DNA from: Candidatus Tayloriibacteriota bacterium
GTDB taxonomy: Bacteria > Patescibacteriota > Minisyncoccia > Phycocordibacterales > GWA1-40-21
NCBI GenBank assembly: GCA_026395155.1
Contig: JAPLZG010000083.1
Location: forward strand, 1 to 21,226
DNA length: 21,226 nt
Reading direction: 5' to 3'
The notes under the pieces: model-generated
The model's input: the letters and a program-made list of their open reading frames with translations, nothing else
What the model was told of the DNA's origin: nothing
The model's database searches: none
Position numbers and translations under genes: made by a program
In this document: positions 8,666 to 14,456 of the stretch, one piece after another
Numbering within the stretch: position 1 is the first letter of the stretch
How the letters are laid out: each line of letters opens with the position of its first letter

Positions 8666-8714
8666 CATATTAAAAAAATTCCCGGATGAGGGAATTTTTT
8701 TAATATGTGCGGGC
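8659..8714 (+). terminator. 25-bp perfect hairpin fused to the tRNA-Gly 3' end
   Basis: GCCCGCACATATTAAAAAAATTCCC-ggatga-GGGAATTTTTTTAATATGTGCGGGC. Confidence 0.75.
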
Positions 8715-8911
8715 GAAAAATCAATTTCATTTATTTTTTTCTCAAAACCATCACCTAACCCTTCGAATATCTCAGGGCAAGCAACCAAAAGCTACCACCT
8801 ATCTTTAAGGACACTCTCCTTTTTAAAAAGACATACAACGACACAAAAATAATAAACCATAAATATACGACAATTTTTAAATCTTATAAAATAACATTAT
8901 TTCATCAAAAC

Positions 8912-8920
8912 TGTGGATAA
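8912..8920 (-). promoter_or_regulatory. perfect DnaA box
   Basis: TGTGGATAA, reverse complement of TTATCCACA. Confidence 0.5.
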
Positions 8921-9132
8921 CTATGTTTATATGTGAATTAAAGACAGTCTAATAGATTTCACATGAAATCAGACTTTTAATGGTCTTTTAACTAAAATAC
9001 GGCTAAAAATATGTTTTATACGTCTTTTATTACGCTGCCTTATGACTTGTCCAATACAAAGTATGTACTAAGAAACACTCTTCCTGTTTCAGATGAAACA
9101 TAGCCAAAATTAGAAAATTACTATTTTATCTG

Positions 9133-9180
9133 TCATTCCCGCCTCCTCTCGATGAAACTCGAGATAAATCGCGGGAATGA
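9133..9180. repeat. REP-like palindromic element
   Basis: TCATTCCCGC...GCGGGAATGA inverted repeat. Confidence 0.7.
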
Positions 9181-9207
9181 AAGAGTTATGATAGAATATA
9201 ATGAAAC

Positions 9208-9603
9208 ATGGCTTTAAAAACCCAAAAACAAGTGACCGGGACGTTAGGAGAAGATCTTGCCTGTAGGTTTCTGATGAAACATGGTTTTGAAATTGTTGAA
9301 AGAAACTACTGGCAAAAGTGTGGGGAAATAGACATAATAGCCAAAAACAAGGGTATTCTTCATTTTATTGAGGTAAAAAGTGTTTCGTGTGAAAACATTA
9401 ACAATGTTTCAGATAACGGGTATCGACCTGAAGATAACTTGCACTCCTGGAAATTAGAAAGATTAAAAAAGACAATTCAAGTATATTTAAACAATAAGTC
9501 TGTTTCATCTGAAACAGTTTGGAAATTTGATGTTATCACGGTTTATATTGATACAAATAACAAAGTTTCACGTGTAAACTTCCTAGAAAACATCATATTA
9601 TAG
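9208..9603 (+). CDS. yraN: UPF0102 / YraN family nuclease-fold protein
   Basis: GTLGEDLACRFLMKHGFEIVERNYWQKCGEIDIIAKNKGILHFIEVKS. Confidence 0.9.
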   Translation: MALKTQKQVTGTLGEDLACRFLMKHGFEIVERNYWQKCGEIDIIAKNKGILHFIEVKSVSCENINNVSDNGYRPEDNLHSWKLERLKKTIQVYLNNKSVSSETVWKFDVITVYIDTNNKVSRVNFLENIIL

Positions 9604-9740
9604 CCAGTGAATAGGTTTTAGGTGCTAGTTTCTAGGTTTTAGTATCAAAAATCTATATTATAGGCCGTATTTTTATGTTTCACATGAAATCATCTGTATT
9701 CATCTCCTCCGAATAGTGTAGTACGAAGTACTTCCAATAA

Positions 9741-9829
9741 ATCCCATCCTTGGTTGAGGAGGGGTGGTGAGTCTGCGAACCGGGGTGGTGTGTTTGGAGG
9801 AGTACCGAGTCTTCGAGGGGAGGTGGTGT
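9741..9829. repeat. ~90 bp dispersed structured repeat, copy A
   Basis: GGGGTGGTGAGTCTGCGAACCGGGGTGGTGTGT...CCGAGTCTTCGAGGGG-AGGTGGTGT; a second copy lies at 20451-20542. Confidence 0.8.
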
Positions 9830-9970
9830 AATCTCCTCTATTCCAAACTTAAAGACAAAAAAACCATATCTTAAGCCAAATTTTATGTTTCATGTGAAAA
9901 AAAGTAGGCCACCCCACACCTTTTTATAAATATGCAACCCCAAATACCAAGATCATACGGACTCGTGCTT

Positions 9971-10020
9971 GTATTATTCGTATCCATTCGTATCATTAGT
10001 ATAATTCGTATATTGGTATT
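9971..10020. repeat. ATTCGTAT-rich dispersed repeat (copies also 3741-3785 and 17259-17308)
   Basis: TATTATTCGTATCCATTCGTATCATTAGTATAATTCGTATATTGGTATT. Confidence 0.85.
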
Positions 10021-10630
10021 ATTCATTCGTTAACAACCCCAAACACCAAAGGTCATACGGACTCGTGCTTGGGAAAGCAGAAGGATGGACTATTCGTCCC
10101 CGCACTCGTCCTGGATTGGTGAGGGGTTAGGAAAATACAGTCGCTTCACTCGTTATTTTCCACAAAAAAAACCGCCCTAACTCTGAGCAGAGCAGTGGGC
10201 GGGTCGAAAAGCGACACCTCGTGAGTTTGCATCCCCTTAAAACATCTTACCGTTTTATAAAAAATGTTTGTAGGATAGATGTAAGGGAAGGAAAAAAGAT
10301 GTGAACATCACCAAGCGAACTTTTCAATTTCGAAGCGCGATCAACGCTTCAGAAAGAACATTCAACTAGATTGTCGAGGAGAACAAGAAACTTGAGTTGC
10401 ATGTCTAATTTCTTATTTGACTTTCCAATTGATCCTTAGTAATTAAAGGACATTCATTATATGACTACAAATAAGGATATTATTTCTAATAATTTTAGAA
10501 TTAAAATATTTTATTCAGTTAAAATTATTTACTTGCCATACATTTTAACAAATTTTGCTTTTTATTTTTAAAAAAATAAATTTAATTCATAAAAAAATAT
10601 CTTTGTGATATAATAAAAAGTATAAAAGAT

Positions 10631-11377
10631 ATGTTTGAAAAATATTTAAAAGAAATTGGATTGAGTGAAAAAGAAGCAGAAGTTTATCTAGCACTTTTAC
10701 GAGGTGACAGTTTTTCAATATTAGAAATTTCTAAAAAAACAAAAATAAATCGAACAACAATTTATCCTGTAATAAAATCTTTATCTGAAAAAGGTTTAGT
10801 TAGTGAAACAACCACAAATACAAAAGTAAATTACCAAGCTGAATCTCCAGATAGATTAGAAACTTTTATAGAGAGACAAAAGATACTTCTCGAAGAGAAT
10901 TCAAAGAAAATGAAGGATATTATTCCTCAATTAAAAAGTACTCAAAGGGAAGTGGGGGAGAGACCTGTTGTGAAATATTTTGAAGGTAAAGAGGGAATAA
11001 TAAGCGTAAATGAAGATCTCTTTAGTAATCCAGTAGAGGGGGAAAAGGCTTATATGATATATTCTAAAGATCTTGTGAATGAGGTCTTTAAAAAAGATGA
11101 AACAGCCAAATTTAAAAATAACAGAATTAAAGAAAAAATAAAAGGAATATCAATATATAATTATAAAGATAATAGTATTCCGAGTGATGAAACTTCAACA
11201 AGACTAAAAATTGATGAAAACAAATACCCCATAAATTGCGATATATCAATATACAAGGATAAAATTAGAATAGCTACGTTGAAAAAAAATCTATCAGGAA
11301 TTTATATTCAGAGTACCGATCTAGCGGAGACTATGAAAAGTTTAATTAGACTGATTCATGATTTACTAGCTAAATAA
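10631..11377 (+). CDS. TrmB-family / HTH transcriptional regulator
   Basis: GLSEKEAEVYLALLRGDSFSILEISKKTKINRTTIYPVIKSLSEKGLV winged HTH; upstream TATAAT-like -10. Confidence 0.85.
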   Translation: MFEKYLKEIGLSEKEAEVYLALLRGDSFSILEISKKTKINRTTIYPVIKSLSEKGLVSETTTNTKVNYQAESPDRLETFIERQKILLEENSKKMKDIIPQLKSTQREVGERPVVKYFEGKEGIISVNEDLFSNPVEGEKAYMIYSKDLVNEVFKKDETAKFKNNRIKEKIKGISIYNYKDNSIPSDETSTRLKIDENKYPINCDISIYKDKIRIATLKKNLSGIYIQSTDLAETMKSLIRLIHDLLAK

Positions 11378-11386
11378 ATTAAAAGA

Positions 11387-11415
11387 GGGGCTCGGATGAA
11401 AATCATCCGAGCCCC
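11387..11415. terminator. 13-bp hairpin; T-tract only on the minus side
   Basis: GGGGCTCGGATGA-aaa-TCATCCGAGCCCC. Confidence 0.6.
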
Positions 11416-11802
11416 TTGAGCCAAAAGGTCATTGAAATTAACACCTTTTGATACTAAGCTGTGTGTTTTAGTCTCACCTCCGAAGTTGGTTGTTGAAGAA
11501 CATAAAATACCCGACATCTGAAACAAGTATAGCAAATTAAAAATCTTTGTCAAGCAATTTTGACAGTTTTATCTATTTTGTATCTATAAATGCTAAAATG
11601 TGCCCGATTTATATGGGTATTTTTGATATTAGCTAAAAAATAGGTGTTTTTGACCAAAAACACACTGAAATTAGTACAAAATGGTAAAAGTTTATGTCAA
11701 AATTTAATGTATTATGTTTATGCTCGTTGACATTATATACCATATTTAATCTTTATTCATAGCCATATTTTTTATATCTAAAAAAGAAAATGTCATTTTC
11801 AC

Positions 11803-11830
11803 TTGACAAAAACATGATTTCATATATACT
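11803..11830 (+). promoter_or_regulatory. sigma70-like promoter of the hammerhead operon
   Basis: TTGACA (11803-11808), 16-nt spacer, TATACT (11825-11830). Confidence 0.75.
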
Positions 11831-11850
11831 GTCTTTAGAAAGTTAATTTT

Positions 11851-11914
11851 GATCCGTTTCCTTCTGAGTGCTTCCGCCTAGATAATATCGCGGACACTCA
11901 GAAGGGAACAGATC
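11851..11914 (+). ncRNA. long 5' leader hairpin of the hammerhead operon
   Basis: GATC-c-GTTT-CCTTCTGAGTG ... CCGC/GCGG ... CACTCAGAAGG-GAAC-a-GATC; 11-bp perfect core, ~19 bp overall. Confidence 0.75.
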
Positions 11915-12003
11915 AGTCTGAAGTTCATCGTCAGAAAAACTTTCCTAAGTTTATTAAATAGGAGGTAACATTCAGAACCAAATCTGAAAATGGGGATACC
12001 AAC

Positions 12004-12075
12004 ATGACATACTACGTCGTGAATGGTGTCGTCTTCATGAGCCATAAAGAGGCTCTTGAAGCGATGCGGGGTTAA
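12004..12075 (+). CDS. 23-aa peptide MTYYVVNGVVFMSHKEALEAMRG
   Basis: ATG overlaps (ATGA) the stop of a 5-codon ORF at 11990-12007 (MGIPT), which lies downstream of SD AGGAGGT (11960-11966) and a 6-bp hairpin. Confidence 0.45.
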   Translation: MTYYVVNGVVFMSHKEALEAMRG

Positions 12076-12135
12076 ACTCCCCATTATCCGAGCAAACAGC
12101 TCGTTGCGACAAAATCCGGTCGCCTAAAAGCAGGT

Positions 12136-12223
12136 AAAAAGTTTTGTCACAGTTTTACTTTGAAAAAATGTGAGCCTAGAGGAAGCAGAGCCTCACCGAG
12201 ACGAAAGTTTCGGTTTCTGTCTC
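12136..12223 (+). repeat. 88-bp direct repeat, copy 1
   Basis: Identical to 14081-14168: AAAAAGTTTTGTCACAG...CCGAGACGAAAGTTTCGGTTTCTGTCTC. Confidence 0.97.
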
Positions 12224-12291
12224 CGACCCAGTCGGACTGATGAGTTTTCCATTACAATCTCTAGTGAGGTTGGTGGTATGACGAAACAGAG
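12215..12291 (+). ncRNA. hammerhead ribozyme 1 (type III topology)
   Basis: Stem III TTCTGT/ACAGAG, GTC cleavage site after 12221, stem I TCCGAC-CCA-GTCGGA, CTGATGA (12237-12243), extended stem II (12244/12282), GAAA (12283-12286). Confidence 0.93.
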
Positions 12292-12318
12292 TGTTCTTTA
12301 AAATTAAAAGGAAAAAAA

Positions 12319-12519
12319 GTGAGTACAAATAAAACTTTCACAATCGGGGAATTTGTTTTTATTTTAGTGGGTGTGGTTTTTTTGTTAATTGCAATCTACT
12401 ACACCACGGTAGCTTTTATTCACAAAGAGACGCCCCCGATTCAATCCAATATCGCGGAACTAATGGGGATCTTGAATCTCTTTACAGCTTTTATATTAAG
12501 GGCTGCACTCAAAAAATAA
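12319..12519 (+). CDS. 66-aa putative membrane protein
   Basis: GTG start with AAAAGGA 8 nt upstream; hydrophobic segments FVFILVGVVFLLIAIYYTTVAF and ELMGILNLFTAFILRAAL. Confidence 0.75.
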   Translation: MSTNKTFTIGEFVFILVGVVFLLIAIYYTTVAFIHKETPPIQSNIAELMGILNLFTAFILRAALKK

Positions 12520-12572
12520 CGTAAAGAAATGGGTACGTTTAAACCCCATTCAACCCGGATATGATATCTGGG

Positions 12573-12655
12573 TTCTGTCCTGAGATAGGTTTTCTCAGAT
12601 GATGAGTCCAAACCTAAATCAATTTTATTGATCGACAGAGAAGGACGAAACAGAA
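12573..12655 (+). ncRNA. hammerhead ribozyme 2 (variant core)
   Basis: Stem III TTCTGT/ACAGAA, GTC, stem I CTGAGA/TCTCAG, core ATGATGA (C3 to A), stem II GTCC/GGAC with inner ATCAAT/ATTGAT, GAAA; loop I TAGGTTT (12586-12592) fully complementary to loop II AAACCTA (12610-12616). Confidence 0.75.
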
Positions 12656-12730
12656 GTTCTTTGTAAAGACGTTCAGATAATCGTCTTTAAACAATCTGCG
12701 TAAAGCATGCGTTAATGCCTCGGAGAAAAC

Positions 12731-12871
12731 ATGCCACAGGGAAGGCGAGAGCTTACCTGCACTAAGTGCAAAAAGGTTTTCAAAACACATTCGTCCAATC
12801 GGACATTGTGTCACACCTGCAAGCCTAAGTGCAGAGAGCGTCACTACTTCAAAAAAGTAGCGACACTCTAG
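12731..12871 (+). CDS. 46-aa CxxC...CxxC zinc-ribbon-like protein (not in the supplied ORF track)
   Basis: MPQGRRELTCTKCKKVFKTHSSNRTLCHTCKPKCRERHYFKKVATL; GGAG RBS upstream. Confidence 0.7.
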   Translation: MPQGRRELTCTKCKKVFKTHSSNRTLCHTCKPKCRERHYFKKVATL

Positions 12872-13049
12872 CCAAGCGCAGTATCTTCCGGAAGGTCTAA
12901 GAGTCAGACCGTTTTGCGAACCGGACGAGGTGGAGAAAACCACCTTTAGAACAGAAGTAAGTAAGGGCACATAACTCTACATAATGTCCTGGAAACAAAA
13001 ATCCGTGGAGAAAACCACGTGAAAAACCCGAACATGCAATGTGTTCGGT

Positions 13050-13102
13050 TTCTGTCTCACGATATGTTTCGTGACTGATGAGTCCAGAAGGACGAAACAG
13101 AA
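13050..13102 (+). ncRNA. hammerhead ribozyme 3 (type III topology)
   Basis: TTCTGTC | TCACGA-TATGTT-TCGTGA | CTGATGA | GTCC-AGAA-GGAC | GAAA | CAGAA; all conserved core nucleotides present. Confidence 0.97.
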
Positions 13103-13153
13103 TCCCAGTAGTAGAGCAAAGCTTACTACGGGGCAAGTGTTCTTTTAAAAAAC

Positions 13154-13207
13154 GTCCTGCGTTTTAATTTGAAATTATTTTTTTAATTTTAAATTAAAAC
13201 GCAGGAC
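13154..13207 (+). ncRNA. 17-bp perfect hairpin downstream of ribozyme 3
   Basis: GTCCTGCGTTTTAATTT ... AAATTAAAACGCAGGAC. Confidence 0.85.
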
Positions 13208-13436
13208 CCTTGCAGGGGTTTGGCTAATTGCCCTCAGGTTGGGTGCACTCTCCTGAGAACTGAGTAGATTTAAGACTCAGAGCGAAATATCTCTTTACGA
13301 AGAGTATTTCGGTAGGGGTGTTCTAAAATACCTCACACTGCACGGCATGGAGATGTCGTTAATCCAAAACTAAAGCGAAAACTCACGTCCCGCATTTTTA
13401 GGGACGTCGACTTCGCTTAATGTTTGGGATATCTCC

Positions 13437-13480
13437 CGAGGGTGTTGTTGGGTGTCTGAATACATCCAACAGCATCCTCG
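13437..13480 (+). ncRNA. 19-bp hairpin directly upstream of ribozyme 4
   Basis: CGAGGGTGTTGTTGGGTGT-ctgaat-ACATCCAACAGCATCCTCG; all 19 positions pair, three of them as G-U wobble. Confidence 0.9.
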
Positions 13481-13481
13481 T

Positions 13482-13558
13482 CTCTGTCTCCGACCCAGTC
13501 GGACTGATGAGTTTTTCATTACAATCTCTTGCGAGGTTGGTGATAAGACGAAACAGAG
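13482..13558 (+). ncRNA. hammerhead ribozyme 4 (type III topology)
   Basis: CTCTGTC | TCCGAC-CCA-GTCGGA | CTGATGA | extended stem II | GAAA | CAGAG; cleavage predicted after 13488. Confidence 0.96.
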
Positions 13559-13581
13559 TGTTCTTTACAAGGATTTCCAAA

Positions 13582-13794
13582 ATGAAAAAGCAGACAATTC
13601 GAGACATAGTGATAGAAAAAGCGAGTAGTCGAATTAATAATGATGAGATATCGGATTACAAAGATTTTGCGGACGCTCTCAGTAGTAACATTGGCGACAT
13701 TTTGCTTCTTCGTCCGAGAATTGCCAGCCTTTTTGAGGATATGCCGGATGGCTTTCAGAGCCCTCGTGGATTCTCTGATTGGTTGGTTCAATGA
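13582..13794 (+). CDS. 70-aa hypothetical protein (MKKQTIRDIVIEKASSRINNDE...)
   Basis: ATG downstream of AAGGA; lies directly 3' of ribozyme 4; the track ORF 13420..13794 reads through the ribozyme and is over-extended. Confidence 0.7.
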   Translation: MKKQTIRDIVIEKASSRINNDEISDYKDFADALSSNIGDILLLRPRIASLFEDMPDGFQSPRGFSDWLVQ

Positions 13795-13864
13795 TGTTGC
13801 TGATTAACATTCAAAATCAGACGGCCCCAACCCGATGTTGGGAAGATTTATTTCTGAGGATTTT

Positions 13865-14008
13865 ATGAGTCTAGCCGGGATTAAAACGGGATCGGGACAT
13901 ACCAAGGGACACTCCAACAAGAAAAGGTGGACAACCCATCAAATCTTGAAGGAGTCTTCCAAAAGGAAGTCTCGCATTCTCGGGCGGCTGGAATGCCGTC
14001 AGATCTGA
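13865..14008 (+). CDS. 47-aa basic protein MSLAGIKTGSGHTKGHSNKKRWTTHQILKESSKRKSRILGRLECRQI (not in the supplied ORF track)
   Basis: GAGGA RBS 5 nt before the ATG; strongly basic composition. Confidence 0.5.
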   Translation: MSLAGIKTGSGHTKGHSNKKRWTTHQILKESSKRKSRILGRLECRQI

Positions 14009-14080
14009 ATTAATCAACAGACTTAAGCAACTCTTCAAAGACAATTGAAGTTTCCACAAATCCGGTGGTAGAAAAAAAGG

Positions 14081-14168
14081 AAAAAGTTTTGTCACAGTTT
14101 TACTTTGAAAAAATGTGAGCCTAGAGGAAGCAGAGCCTCACCGAGACGAAAGTTTCGGTTTCTGTCTC
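14081..14168 (+). repeat. 88-bp direct repeat, copy 2
   Basis: Identical to 12136-12223. Confidence 0.97.
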
Positions 14169-14213
14169 ACGATATGTTTCGTGACTGATGAGCTCATAAG
14201 AGCGAAACAGAAA
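14159..14213 (+). ncRNA. hammerhead ribozyme 5 (type III topology)
   Basis: TTTCTGTC | TCACGA-TATGTT-TCGTGA | CTGATGA | GCTC-ATAA-GAGC | GAAA | CAGAAA; cleavage predicted after 14166. Confidence 0.97.
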
Positions 14214-14234
14214 ATGTTCTTTGAAAGGTATTTT

Positions 14235-14456
14235 ATGGAAAGTTATCATTTCCGAAAAATGGTTTCAACCCTTCATAAAAAAAATGGTAAGAAAGGCACA
14301 TGCCCAATGTGCACACTTCGACAAGCATTGCTTTCTGGAGAAGTCACCGAGTTTGACCTCCTAAACCTTCGTGGATTCGGAAATCAAAGCCTAAATCAAG
14401 TCTACGGTTTCATGGGTTTAGAACGTAAAGTGACCTTGACGAAAATGGTTTCGTGA
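14235..14456 (+). CDS. 73-aa protein with an RpoA-CTD/HhH-like segment and a CPMC motif
   Basis: MESYHFRKMV...GTCPMCTLRQALLSGEVTEFDLLNLRGFGNQSLNQVYGFMGLERK; AAAGG RBS; start reassigned from the track because 14115-14234 is ribozyme/leader. Confidence 0.75.
   Translation: MESYHFRKMVSTLHKKNGKKGTCPMCTLRQALLSGEVTEFDLLNLRGFGNQSLNQVYGFMGLERKVTLTKMVS

Larger units (their letters stand above)
8955..9901. promoter_or_regulatory. cluster of parS-like 16-mers
   Basis: TGTTTCAGATGAAACA (9085), GGTTTCTGATGAAACA (9266), TGTTTCGTGTGAAAAC (9381), TGTTTCATCTGAAACA (9501), TGTTTCACATGAAATC (9676), TGTTTCATGTGAAAAA (9886), GATTTCACATGAAATC (8955); parS consensus TGTTTCACGTGAAACA. Confidence 0.6.

Noticed and set aside
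8606-8852. Small ORFs 8606..8788(-) and 8625..8852(+)
   Set aside because: They overlap tRNA-Gly and its 25-bp hairpin plus a degenerate dispersed repeat; almost certainly non-coding.
10260-10450. Possible ncRNA upstream of the TrmB-like gene (GAAGCG/CGCTTC hairpin)
   Set aside because: Only one short hairpin and no clear promoter/terminator pair; insufficient evidence.
11356-11553. Minus-strand ORF downstream of the TrmB-like gene
   Set aside because: Reads through a terminator-like hairpin into the TrmB gene's 3' end; no RBS or recognisable domain.
11851-11914. Considered calling the leader hairpin a twister or other small self-cleaving ribozyme
   Set aside because: I could not match the conserved internal-loop nucleotides of any known class; kept only as a hairpin.
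12614-13136. Minus-strand ORFs 12614..12970 and 12897..13136
   Set aside because: They run antisense through ribozymes 2-3 and the CxxC ORF; the structured RNA and promoter orientation support the plus strand.
13420-13581. N-terminal part of plus ORF 13420..13794 and of 14115..14456
   Set aside because: These extensions translate ribozyme hairpins; starts at 13582 and 14235, each just after a purine-rich RBS, are far more plausible.
13871-14095. Minus-strand 74-aa ORF
   Set aside because: Antisense to a basic ORF with a good RBS and to the 88-bp repeat; no support.
12215-14213. CRISPR array explanation for the recurring elements
   Set aside because: Spacing is irregular (hundreds of nt), repeats are ribozymes with conserved catalytic cores, and no cas genes are present.
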